NCBI RefSeq assembly: GCF_000143415.4
Contig: NW_003314264.1
Span: 265,492 to 329,491, forward strand
Source of the DNA: Selaginella moellendorffii
Taxonomy: Eukaryota > Plantae > Lycopodiophyta
Reading direction: 5' to 3'
Length of the DNA: 64,000 nucleotides
Within the stretch, counting starts at the first letter, position 1. The number at the start of each line of letters is the position of its first letter. The translations under genes were made by a program, and so were the position numbers. The notes under the pieces were generated by a model. The model saw only the letters and a list, made by a program, of their open reading frames with translations. It made no database searches and was not told the DNA's origin. Shown here piece by piece: positions 9,632 through 22,010 of this stretch.

Positions 9632-12580
9632 TCTTATGGTCTACACTTTAGTTTTTACTAAGTGTTGATCATAGCCTCTTTAAGGCATGCTCAGAGCTAT
9701 TGGCTAAACGCATTAGTGAGCTTATTACGGTTGAGTTGGATTTGAGTGGACATTCTAGTTCATGCTCTGTCCATGATCCAATATCTTATATCTGGGGTAT
9801 TATGTTCATATTGGACAAGTATATGACATGATGATGTGAGTTTAGTGTTTAGGTCTTGTGAAGGCAAGTTGAAGAGTGATTGTTAGTTGCTCTATGACTA
9901 ATGGTTACTTATAGACTTTGTCGAGGGCTGTGACACTTGTTTCACTCAATAATGATTTAGTAGTGATGGGCTTGCTTTACCGGATGGTGTTGCAGAGGAT
10001 CGTGTCATTAGACTTACATGGTTTTTCCATGTTGGCATATCGATTCTACCTTTGTCGATATCATTTTGGTTGCATTTAGTTCATAATGTTGGATTTCATT
10101 GAGTCTTGAATGTGGTGATTCACTTCTTGATGATGTGTTATCTATAACTGAGTTTTGCTAAAGGTTTAGTCTTAGATACTAAGTAAGGTATCTTTGACTT
10201 TGGTTAGCTTGGTTGTTGGAGAGTTTTGAGTGGTGATTCATTCTTTCTTTCTTCTAGCTTTGTTTTGGTGTTGATGGTATTGAAGTGATGCCTTATCGTT
10301 GATATTATTAATGTTGAGATTTAAATGAGATGAAATGTCTTTCCATAGAAGTGATATCGAGTTTCATTAGTCTCAATGAAGATAGTGTTGATGATTTGGT
10401 TGTAGCTTTGTGTTATTGGCATTTGTGCATTTGTTAGTTAGCAACTATATTAACATTCAAATGAATTAAGTGGCAAATTGAGTTAATGGTATTCTACACA
10501 AGATTGCTTAGTAGGGGTTGAGTTTTGAGGTTTTCCTTGAAAAGTGATTTAATCATGGACTATGCTAACTTTACGAAAGGAAGAGTTAGTGATCAATATT
10601 AAAGATGTTGAATCCTTTATATCGATCATTGATGATCTTCTTATGCTTGTTATGAAGTGAATTACATCTTGCTATAAATGGATTCATAGAGGATCGATTA
10701 GATTGTCACTTGTTAAGAATCGCTTCAATATGCTTGGCTTTTGGATTGATGCAGACATGCTCTTCAATAGTTTTAGCATTATAAAGTTTAGCATATGGAT
10801 GTGTTAAGAAATATATTGTAAGTTGTACCATGATTTCTTCTTTAACATTGAAGTTAGTTCTTGCAAAACTCATAATCATTTATTAGGCAACACCTAGGTA
10901 TAGGCTTCTTCTAGCTTTTGGTTCCTTGAGTTTTGTGCTCATTGTTCCATTTGTTAGAAGTTGTTGAGAAAGGCATTTTAGCTCATTAGTTTTGATATTG
11001 AAGTTAGTGTTTGCATTTAGCAATCATTGGTGATTATTGATTATCATTTAGAATAGTTGATTATCCTTGTCAAAGGTTTTTCTTGATTGTTGTTGATATA
11101 GAATGCTTGCCGTTGTTCGGGATGGTAGATTCTTTCTCAATGATGATTATGCATCTCTTCATTGATGGGATGATTGATGATCTTTCATGATAGTTAGTTG
11201 TTCTCTTTGATGGCTTTTGGCTTTTGGCATTACCACATATTCTTTGTGCTTTGCTTTGGATTGGTCTCTTGTGGGTTCGAGACATCGGTAGGATATTGCT
11301 GACACTTACTTAAGTAACTTGAGTTTCTTCATATTGTGACTGAGATTTATTCAGATTGACAAGTGCAGAGAGGCCGCAAGAACGCCCCAAGACGGCAGGT
11401 CAGCAGTGATATTTGGCATAAACACTATGTTTGTTAGTCTTGCAACATTCATTTTTTTTTGTTGATTGTTGCAATAGTTAGTTCTGATAGATTAGATGTT
11501 ATTTCCTTCGGGTAATACATTCGCGAGCATTTTGCTTGCTAGTTGATAATACTTTTGTAAGCTCCTGAGTTTGGACTTCCCGGGAGGTCACCCAGCCCAG
11601 TACTATTCAAACCCAAGGACGCTTAACTCCAACTATCCCAAGACCCTTAACCGATTGGAAAAGGGGGTGCACTCTTTTTCATGGGCCCTTTCCCTCTATA
11701 TTTGAACCCCATGGATCGTCTCTCAAGTTGTTCCCTTTGGTTGCTTACAACTTTGTGTTCTTTGAGTTATCTTTGATAAGTTGTTTGGCATGCTGTCTAC
11801 AATCTTTGATAGTTAATTTTTATCATTCAGTTTTCTTGATGATAGATTGGCTATTAAATTTTGTTGGATGGTGAATCTTATGTTTTCCAATTATGATGAT
11901 CTTGGTGGTTCCTATACTCTAATACTCGATTATTGGATGATAACTTACTTGGACTACTTTTGTGTTCTAAACTAAGCTTTATTCACTGATAATTAAATCT
12001 CTAAGATATCATTGTCTATGACTTTGATATTATCCATCTATTGATCTTTGTATTTAGGCCAGTATAGGCCGACTGGCTTTGGCACTTCGTATGCATGGTG
12101 AAATCTTTAATCATGGGGTAGCTACTGTCGACTGATCACATCACCCACCTTTTTGTCGATGTTCCTTATGTCATTAAAAAGGGCATGACCATATAAACAA
12201 CTCTAACTACCTGTTTACAGTTTTCTATCTAAACCTTACCGATGGGTTTAGTTTCTTAGCTCATGAGGGTTGGGGCCTCTAGCTTCTCTCTTTATGCCAC
12301 CTATGGGCAGGGGCGTATCACACTTTTGTAAGCTGGGTGACACCCAGAGCAGCAAGGGTGGCTAACTCTGTTGGTCATTTCCTTGTTGGTGATAGCCAGA
12401 AGGTGTTTGAGTGGGTAGCGCATCCGCGTTAGACAAAGAGGTTACCCTAACTCATTTAAGTTGGTGCATTTCTTATATAGTGTGAATACTATGAATTTTT
12501 TTCTGGAGTTGTTTCCTTGGCGGTATTCTAAACTAGAGTATGCATCGACAAGGACGTTAATTTTCCCTAAGAGAGGGAGA
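9632..12580 (+). mobile_element. Highly decayed, T-rich probable retrotransposon internal remnant
   Basis: No ORFs and strong T/G skew; ends in purine tract AAGAGAGGGAGAG followed by TGT (PPT-LTR-like junction ~12569-12584). Confidence 0.35.
11556..11749 (-). mobile_element. Solo LTR of a 5S-rRNA-bearing TRIM (Cassandra-like), 194 bp
   Basis: Terminal inverted TGTAAGC...GCTTACA and perfect 5-bp TSD ACTTT (11551-11555 / 11750-11754). On the minus strand, 11628-11573 reads AGTTAAGCGTCCTTGGGTTTGAATAGTACTGGGCTGGGTGACCTCCCGGGAAGTCC, matching the A-box to C-box core of plant 5S rRNA. Confidence 0.9.
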
Positions 12581-12959
12581 GTGTCGCAAATGTAACTTCG
12601 AGTATCGAAAGTTACCTGTCAGCTAGTCTTTACAAACACTCTTTCCTTACTGCCACGATAGCAGGAGGTCGGTATTGCTAGACCCTTTATTAGTCCCTCT
12701 TATGCTAGTGTTAACTGGGCATTTTGAATGTACTTAGACCGGATGAGCATAAAGATGGAATTTTTACATATTATTAGCTAAGCATACTTAGCCCGGTAAA
12801 GAGTTCTTGTCTCCTTATGTCTTGCACTGGCTAGTGACAAGAACCCTCGCATATTGAGACTAGTCCCTCAATATAGCTTACTGTGTAACCCACCACCCTT
12901 GCTATCATGCTCTTTGTGTTAGTTTTATTCCAGTCCTAAATGTTATTTATGGAAAGTGT

Positions 12960-14170
12960 CTAGATTTGCTCATTTGGCATATTTATGGAATGTAGAGATT
13001 GTCCTAAACACAATGGTGTTCGTCCCATATTTAAATTCACAATCTAGGGACATTCTATATTTAGTAAGTTTTGAGCTTGTCCCAGACACTAACTTCTGAT
13101 ACTAAGGGAGGCTTGGGGGGAAAGCCCAAAGCATGTGTTCCTCAAAGGGGGAGGGGTGTTGTGGGGGGTTCCAAATGTATAGTAAGGATAGTGGGTAGGT
13201 TGGGCATGGCTGACCAACCTAAGGCATAGTATAGCTCCCGTTTGCGTGTTTATCTTTGTTCTGAGTTTGGCTTGGGTCTAAGCCCAACCTCCACACCATG
13301 CTAGCTAGTGGAGTACCCATATCCTCGCATTAGGCCATCAGTATGCTAAAATAGCACCAAACTCTATTTGGCTCTATTTTGCGTGTTGCATTAGGATGTT
13401 GAATGTTCTAGGACTATTCCAAGTCGCTTTATGCTCCTGTTCCTTTGCTCCTTAGGCTGTACGTTCGGGAGTCATTCCATGCTCTAGTGCCATTGCTCTT
13501 TGGCTCCATGCTTGGGAGTTTTGCACCGTTCTTTCATTTAGTGGCCCAAGGCCCTGAAACTCGGGTTCCACACCACTGTCCTTTGGACATGTGGCATGTA
13601 ACATGTGGCATATGACACGTGGCATATGAAGGGTTTAGGTTTTGCTTCGTGGTTATCCTATGGTAATTCACCATAGAATAAAGGGTAAAAACCATGTGCA
13701 CTATAGAAGGGATATGAGTATAAAGCAACATTAGAATAGTCCTAAAGCATTCAGCATCCCAATGCCAAGATTAGCACACAAAATAAATTCAAGAAAATTT
13801 TAGTATACCAATGGTCTAACGAGTGGATATAAATACTCCACTAGCTAATATAGTATAGAGTTTGGGTTTAAACCCAATCTGGACATAAATTAAGGATAGG
13901 CACACAAATAGAGAGCTAAACTATGCCTTAGGGTTGGCCATACCCAACCTACTATCCCTACTATACATTTGGAACCTCCCCCCAATATAGGAATACACGC
14001 TTTGGGCTTTCACCTTAGTCTTAAGAGTTAGTCTTTAGGACACCCTAGTCTCAAGAGTTAGTTTATGGGATAATCATAAAACTTCCTAACTAATAAATGG
14101 TGCTAGATTGCAAATTTGGATGTGGGAACAAAACCATGTTTAGGATAATCTCTATATTTTATAGATATAC
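12960..14170. repeat. Two diverged LTR-like copies in inverted orientation (about 12960-13560 and 13660-14170)
   Basis: GAAAGCCCAAAGCA...GTTCCAAATGTATAGTAAGGATAGT (13120-13192) mirrored by ACTATCCCTACTATACATTTGGAAC...GCTTTGGGCTTTC (13951-14011); 12990 region mirrored at ~14100-14156. Confidence 0.7.
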
Positions 14171-14449
14171 TTCACTAATAGATCTAGCGTATGTGGTTTT
14201 CACCCTTTACTTTATAAAGATTTATCATAAGATGATAACTTAAGGGATTTGAGGGCCATTGAACGAAGGGATAAAGCCAAACTCCCAAGCTAAAGACAAA
14301 GAGCGAAAGAACTAAAGCATGGAATGACTCTTGAGTGTATGCCTTAAGGAATGAATGGACATGAACACTTAGAGCATTTAGCATCCCAACGCCAAAACCA
14401 GCATGTAAAATAGAGCCAAATAAAGTCTAACACTATTTTAGCATATCAA

Positions 14450-14824
14450 TATAAGCTACCAAAAGAATAACTTTAGAGGAATCACACCATTTGTTAAGAT
14501 TGACATCTTGGAAGTTTAGTTTGCCTTTGGCTGGGCTTGACTAGAGGGGTAGAGTGTTAAGAGAGCAGGGCTCTCGCAGCTCTCAACTTCTGCTCACAAG
14601 GGCGTAAACTTGTAGGGAAGTATAGTGAATTATAAACAACCAAAGAGAATCACTTGAGAAACAATTCATAAGGGTTTAAATATAAAGGGGAAAAACCCAT
14701 GAATAAAAATGCATCTTTTTTCTCAATCAGTTAAAAGTTTTAAGATACTTAAGTTAAGCATCATTGGGTTTAAATAATACTTGGCTGGGTGACCTTCCAA
14801 GAAGTCCAAATTCAGGAGCTTACA
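14450..14824 (+). mobile_element. Degenerate Cassandra-like TRIM (truncated left part, internal segment, 194-bp LTR at 14631-14824) inserted in an LTR remnant
   Basis: 14631-14824 aligns with 11556-11749 (AGTTAAGCAT...GGCTGGGTGACCTTCCAAGAAGTCC...GAGCTTACA); flanks ATCAA/ATCAT are an imperfect TSD. Confidence 0.7.
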
Positions 14825-15440
14825 ATCATTGGTTTAACACGAGGATATAAATACTTCACTAACTAGCATGGTATAAAACTTAGGCTTAGACCCAAATTAG
14901 ATACAGAGCAAGGATAACTATGTAAGTCTAGCTAAACTATATCTCAAGTTGGTCAGCCATGCCTGATATACCCACTATCCCTACTATACATTTGGAACCC
15001 CCCACATCTCTAAAATACTCATTTTCTTTGGATATACATCCTTTCAAACACTTGTAATGCAATGTGAATAATATCTTCATTGCCAGTTGTCCTGATAAAT
15101 TTAATTCTCATAGGAAACAAGGTTTCAATGATGTTACTTACAAAGGTCCAAACAAAAGAAAAAAATAAAGAAGATGGGAAACCTTGTTATGTTCAAATGG
15201 CCACCTCTAGTTTCATTGTAATGGTTGCTCAATGCATAGAGCTAATACTCATGCTGCTGTGGAACGCTGTGGTGCACTGTGGTGTGCCAGGTCCTTGGTG
15301 ATATTCAAGTCATGAATCAGGAAGTAACAGCTGTAAGGATTTCCAGCAGACACAACTTCCAATCCTCACAAAGGTATGATTGAACTCTTAAATGATTTTC
15401 TTGTATATAAAGAATCTCTCATGCGTTTTCCAGCACTATA

Positions 15441-15757
15441 GGTAAGTGGCTTCCACATTTTTTATTCCTTCACCTTTCTGATTTGTTTCTCCCTATCACT
15501 ATTGTTGGATGGCTACATAGAGTAGGAAAATAAAGCCTCTGTTCCATAATTACTGGTCTTGTTGACCCCAAGAAAACTGATCTTGGGGATTCCACTAGGT
15601 CAAGAGGTCAAACCGGGCATGATTACGTGTTGATTAGGTAAGTACAGTTTTTATTCCTTCACCTTTCTGACTTGTTTCTTCCTATCACTATCGTTGGATG
15701 GCTACATAGAGTAGGAGGATAAAGCCTCTGTTCCATGGTTACTGGTCTTGTTGACCA
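15441..15757 (+). repeat. Local direct duplication of about 120 bp
   Basis: GGTAAGT...TTATTCCTTCACCTTTCTGA...TACTGGTCTTGTTGACC occurs at 15441-15568 and 15638-15757. Confidence 0.85.
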
Positions 15758-17023
15758 CCAGAATAGCTGTAATTACCTTCATGTTAAAGAAGACAACACC
15801 TTCTTTCTTTTGGCAAATTGTTGCCCATGCCCAATTGAAGCCAAAAGATTGTCATGGCCGTGAGTGCATCCACAATCTGTGTATATTTCCTAAGACGTTT
15901 CACCCGACTTTGTACCCATCCCAATAATCATATCTTGTTTGAAGTAAACTTGTAGTTCACAACATGGTTGAAGCATGAGATAAAAAGCTTCTCTCCTTGA
16001 AAGTTTGGAATGCTTGATCCAAATTCCAAAAGAGTGGTGTTTCAACATGTCTGATGCTTGCAGTCACTATGCCCTAGATGTCGTGGTGGAAGCAGGGTCA
16101 GGCTTTTGTAAGAGATCATATGGGAATCCATCTTAACTCAATATTTTGCAGCTAATAAATTAAGTAAACATGAGCCAAAATCTACATAAACAGAAATACA
16201 GGTCGATAATCTAAAATATAACCTTTGAACACCACAGAAACTGGTGCCAGTCTATCAGCTCTATCAGGAGACGTTTTTGTATATGCAGAGAAGACTCTGG
16301 AGTAGATATTACGTCACTCGTCCATTCTATGAGGGATTCCACAGACGCCTTGAACAAACTTTTCTTCCAATTTGCTTTTTCTAAAGGAGTTTATCGTTTT
16401 AGCGACAGAAATTCTACAAATAAGCCCCAAATACCACTTCCTCAAAAAAATAGAACAATAAGCTGAACACTCTTTCCCTTCCATTTTCGTTCATCGCACA
16501 TCGGGCTTTCTCCAGGGTGAGAAGCCGTTGTGTTGCCGGCGGATTTCCGAACTGCGTGCCCTGTCGCCTGTAGACTTTAGTTTGTCTTGCTCCCATAGAT
16601 CTCGGTAGGCTGGGCAGCGATTTGCCATGGGGGCGGTGTCGTGCTAACGTCCGGCGTTTCCATATTGAGAGAAGGTCGTTTGTTGGTGTGCGGTTTCTCG
16701 GTACATTTAAAACTTGGTTTGTGCCTAACCAAAGTTATTTTTATTTCATTTTTGAATCTTGATCTGCCCTGTTTTTCTTTCACGTATTTGCTCGGATCCT
16801 CCTTGTGGATGGAAACCCTTCTCGCTAGAGCTTAGTCTAGCCCAAAACTGGTTCTTCCGTAATGAAACGGTCAATCCCAAGTAACCAATGGGCTTACACT
16901 GCACTAAATGAATATTCTGCTGTTGGAAGTTATGCATAGCCTTGCTAGGGTCAAGGAGCAGAATAGATAGTAAACATTGGAGATGTCAGCTACCTCAGCT
17001 TTAAATTATAAGCTCTGAGCAAA

Positions 17024-18293
17024 ATGGAAGACATGGAGAGTGTTTATAGACCTCGGACTCTGTGTAGCAGCAAGCGCTCCAAGGAGACACCCATTTCCAA
17101 CACGTTTGATCCATTTGTATGGGATCCTCCAAATCCACGGCGTGGAGGAGGCGCTTGGGTGCCTCCGACTCCTCCGCACCCTAAGGAAGGGGTTGTGGAA
17201 GTGACGGAAGGCTTGGTAAGTGCGAAAGTTAGGGGAGGAAGCCCATCGTTCACCCAAAAATTGATGCTGGCGAGTAGGGACAAAGAGTCACTGCTGGAAG
17301 AAGCCCTACGTCTGAAACGGATGCTCATCGATCAAGCGTTTTATCTAAAGCGGGACAAGGTTCATGCATCGACAGTCAAGATTGAGAACAGGTGATTGTT
17401 TAGCTCCGAGCATTTCATGCTTACAAGAAATAAAAAGCAGGAAGCTGGAGAACGATATTAAAGACATGGAGATGCAAACGAACATGCCCTCGTACAAGAC
17501 AAGTGGAGCAACTAGAGTTAGAGCAAAACTCCAAGGTATGCTTGGTGTTTTACACTGTAAGAAATCCTAAATGTCCTATGATTAGGAATGAAGATAAGGT
17601 ACGAGGAGCTTCAGAACATCTGTGATGGCCAGCACGAAGAGATAACTCACTTGCGGAGGGACGTTCGGATATCACACGCAAGAGTAAGCTAATTGTAAGC
17701 AGCAGAAGTATTAATCCAACTGCTTTTGCTCCACAGACGTATATGATACTGATTCCCCGCAGGAAATAGAAATGGAGCGGGATGTTTTCGTGGAGGAGAT
17801 AGCCAAGCTGCAAAAGGATGTCAAGCGGCTCAAGTCTTTGAACAGTCAGCTCTGCTGCGAGAACAAGGAACTGTGTCGAATCAGAGACAGAGCAGGAGAC
17901 CTAGAACTTGTTAATCACCATCTAGAGAATTGCATGGACGTGAGTGCTTCCCTATTCTTGGCTCAAAAAGAACCGCTTGCTGTTTTTCAGGTTGTAAGCC
18001 GGGCCCTGGAGAGCGCCAACCGTGACGTCGTGACTTATAGGCAGAGGGTAACCGAGACGAGTCTCAACGCCAGAAGAAATGCCAAGCGGTGCAAGGATTT
18101 ACAAGACCAGATTGCGCTGATGAAGGATTGCCTGCACAAGGAGAGACACGATAGGAAGAACCTGGAAGCCACGCGCGTGTGCCTGGAAGCTGAGCTTATT
18201 AAAGTGGAACAAAAGATCAGAGCTAATGGTGGGAGCGTATCGTCTCCTGGGTCTCCCAAAAGCAGCAGCCCCAGGTCAGCTCGAACGATTTAG
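17024..18293 (+). CDS. Coiled-coil protein, IQCE-like N-terminal region (tentative)
   Basis: Multi-exon model through GT-AG introns giving SRDKESLLEEALRLKR...ENRKLENDI...RYEELQ..EEITHLRRDVR..EIEMERDVFVEEIAKL; heptad-rich. Confidence 0.55.
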
Positions 18294-18410
18294 GGGAAGT
18301 GTGAGAGGTGGCCGAGACAGAGGTGACGAATGAGAGGTCAGCTCGGCCAACATAGTAAGTAGCATATGCAACCATCCGTGCACGAGTCAAAACTTGAACT
18401 GGTGTCCCCA

Positions 18411-21400
18411 TCATTCAGCTGCTGCGGCTTCAAGCATGGGGAGCAGCTCCTGGTAGACAATGCGAATGGCGGGCCGAGCTGATGGCTCTGCTGAGATGCA
18501 TCGCAAGGCAAGCGTTAGAAGCTGTTGCAGCTCCAAGCTGCCGGCATGCAGGTGAGGGTCAAAGCACTCACTGGACCTGTTGTGCGATACGAGCAGCTTA
18601 ACCCACTCTGGGAGATCGACCGCAGTGGAGCCCCCAGAGATGACGTCGTCTGCAGCCTTGGCGGTGAGGATCTCGAGCAGGAGGACCCCGTAGGCATAGA
18701 CATCCGCCCCGGTGGTTGGCTTTGGACGCTTGATGTTCGACAGCTCTGGAGCTCTGTAACCAAGAGCTGCCGCATTGACAAACTGGCTGGCTGTTCCCGC
18801 AGCGGTCATGAGCCTGTGCAGGCCATAGTCGGTGAGACGTCCACGCAGGTCGGATCCTTCAAACAAAACATTGGACGCCTTGAGGTTGCCATGCGCAAGC
18901 TTGTGATCGTCGTGGAGATAGCACAGGCCTCGGGCAATATCCGCGGAGACTCGTAGGCGCTGAGGCCACGACAATGGTGGATATCGGCCAACACCGGATG
19001 ACTTCTCTGCAATGTAATTTAGATGTAGGTGAGCACCACAAGACGAGAACCGTACCCGTACCTGCAGTTAAAAGTCGGTCCGCTAAGCTGCCATAGGCAA
19101 CGAAATCAGTGAGGATGAGCTTCTCGTGTTCCCTGGGCCCCCAGTAGTAGCCCCGCAATGGAAGCACGTTGTCGTGCCTGATGCCTCCAAACCTTCTGGC
19201 CTCCATGGTGAATTCCCGCTTGCACTTTGCCAACCCTTCCTTGAGCCACTTGACAGTGATGGTATGACCACTGTCCAGTGTTGCTTTGTATGACGTTCCA
19301 TGGCTGCTTCGGCCAAGAACCTCCGCTGGTGCTCGTGACAGCTCTTCGGCAGTGAAGAGCACGTCGCCATCCCAAAGGAAAAGATCGCCTGCTAGCTTGT
19401 CTGGGGAGTTCCAGCCTAAGGCACCCTCCTCCTCCCTCGCACTTGCTGGTCTCAGCGACGAGAAGAAGCCCTTTCTCGAGGGCAACCGTTTCAACACGTT
19501 GTCGTCCTTCTCATTCTCTACCTGCGGCTGCTGCTGCTGCTGCTCCTGCTGCGGCTGCTGCTGGTGATGGACCTTGAAATCTCTCTCCACAATCTTAAAC
19601 ACCGGAATGCCAGACTTGTTGTCACCTTGACTTTGCCGCTGCCTGTTGTAATAGACAAGGCCGACTATAGCGAGGGCTAGTAGCAAGGCTGCAGCACAAC
19701 CGCCGAGGAGGCCAGCTTTGAGAGACGGAGACACTCGACCATTCCGCCGGGTTTTGTTGACAAGGCCCAAGGGCTGGTTGGCCTGTGGTGCATGGCCATT
19801 CCAGCTGGGGAAGCCATTGGACAGGAGCTGGGCGTTTCCAGGGTAGAAGGACGAAGGCGGGAACTTGGATTCTAGCTGGGACGGAATGGCTCCCGAGAGG
19901 TTGTTGTTGGAGAGGTTGAGCAGAGTGAGTGTAGGAGGACCGAGCGTTGAGGGGATGGAACCGGTGAGCTGGTTAGAGGAGAGGTCGAGCTGCTGCAGGC
20001 GATCGAGTTTGGTCACGTCCACCGGTATGTCACCCGATAGCTTGTTGTTGCTGAGGTTGAGAAACTGCAAGGTGGCCGTGAGGAGGCTGGAGGGAATAGC
20101 GCCATCCAGCTGGTTGCTTGCCAAGTCGAGAAGGCGCAACGGAGCGTCGGTGGCGCTGGCGGTCGGGACGGGAATTGTCCCGGAGAGCCGGTTGCTGGAG
20201 AGCTTGAGTGCTACGAGCGTGCATGAGTTGAAAAAGGTGGGGGGTATGGGGCCGAGCAAGGTGTTGCCGCTCAAGTCCAAGCTCGTCAACTTGGGGAAGC
20301 TTGCGAAGGCAGCAGGGATGCCGCCCTCGAGCTTGTTGTTTGCAAAAGCGAGTGAGGTGAGGCGCAGGAGCTGCGCAGTCTGGCTGGGCAGTGCGCCCGA
20401 GAGGGAGTTGTTGCTGAGGTCCATCCATTCCAAGCTGTTGCCCCACGACCTCATGACGGACAAGTTGCCGGAGAAGGTGTTGGCGCTGAGGTCCACTCGG
20501 GCGCAGCTGCCAAGCCGTGGGGGCAGGCCGCCCGACAAGGCGTTGCGGGAGAGGTTGAGCAGGGTGAGGCGAGCAGCCGAGATCGTCCAGACATTCCCTG
20601 TGGTGGCCATGCATGCACACGTAAAGACATGTATAAGGCCAGCCATTCTTACCTGAGAGCCGGTTGTTGCTCAGATCCAGCTCCTCGAGCAGTGACGCTT
20701 CCGCCGACAGTAGCGCAGGTGGCACAAATCCCGTGAACTGGTTGGCCCGGAGCTTGAGAACCCGGAGCGAGAAGACAAACTCAAACGAGGGGAGGGAGCC
20801 GGCCAGGGCGTTGGCGCTGAGATCGAGGATCTGGATCTTGTTGGCGAAGAGATTGTTGGCGGCGTCGTCTGGTGCCAGCGGGCCGGAGAGCCGGTTGAAG
20901 CTCATGTTGACGTAGAGCAGGTCCGGGGGGAGAAGCGAGGCGATCCAAGGGAGGGGGCCCGACAGGCGGTTGAGGGCGAGGTGGAGGCTCTGGATGGCGG
21001 GCAGCAGCATCCACGAGGAGGGGATGCTGCCCGTCAGCTGGTTGGCGGCCAGGTGGAGGCGCTCCAGGTGCTGGAGACGGCCCAGCTGCGCCGAGAGGCT
21101 GCCGTTGAGCTGGTTGCCCGACAGGTCGCACACCCGGAGCAGCTCCAGCGCCGCCAGCGAGGCTGGGATGGGGCCAACGAGCGCATTGTTGCTCAGGTCG
21201 AGCTCCTCGAGTGCCGACATGCCGGTCAAGGCGTCGGCCGGGATGGGCCCCGACAGGCGGTTGTTGGCCAGGGACAGCCTCTGCAACCGTCGCAAGCCGC
21301 TGCCCATTGCCGGGATCATCTCTCCGTCCAGCATGTTCCCCGACACATCGAGCTGCTCCAGGAGAGAGAGGCGAGCCAAGTCGGCAGGGAGCGGGCCAGA

Positions 21401-21745
21401 CAGCAGGTTGTTGGCAAGCGACAGGTAGACGAGCGAGTGGAGAGCACCCAGCGTATCGGGCAAAAGGCGGCCAGACAGTCCCAAGCCTTGGAGCTCCAGC
21501 CGGCTCACCCGGCCGTCCTTGTTGTCGCAATACACACCATGCCACTTTGATGGGCACCCATTGGAGTCCTTGCTTTCCGGCAGCCATGACTTGGTGAGAC
21601 TGCCCAGCGGATCTTTGTCTATTCCCTTCATAAAACTCAGCAACACTTGAGTGTCGTCAACACTGGCACCTCTACACCCATGGTGCTGCACCGCTAGCAG
21701 CGCTGCCGCCGCCATCACCACCACCATTGCCCATTCGACAACCAT
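18411..21745 (-). CDS. LRR receptor-like (pseudo)kinase, LRR-III, SIRK1/GHR1-like
   Basis: Signal peptide, LRRNT (CPSKWHGVYC), many LxLxxNxLxGxIP repeats, TM helix; kinase AEVLGRSSHGTSYKATL..VKWLKEG..RGYYWGP, HGNLK (no HRD), DYGLHRLMT. Confidence 0.93.
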
Positions 21746-22010
21746 TCTGCTAACCTCGTAGCGCCTCCCTCGCCTCACTCGCAGCAACACCCTTCTCTCC
21801 CTCGCTTTCTCTCACCTCACACTACTTAGTTAAAATATACAATCTTCTTCCCGCCCGCTTGTCCAAGCTTCGAAGAGCGTGCTGGCCAGGCAGATCTGAA
21901 GGTTTGCAGTGCCAGTGAACACACAATGAAGAGAGAGGCGGCTGAAAATGACACACACAAACACTAAATTATATATATACAAAGCATAGTTTAGTTCAGC
22001 AGAGATCCCT

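Noticed and set aside
11573-11628. Functional 5S rRNA gene
   Set aside because: Only the central ~56 nt match; 5S ends are missing and it lies within an LTR with TSD
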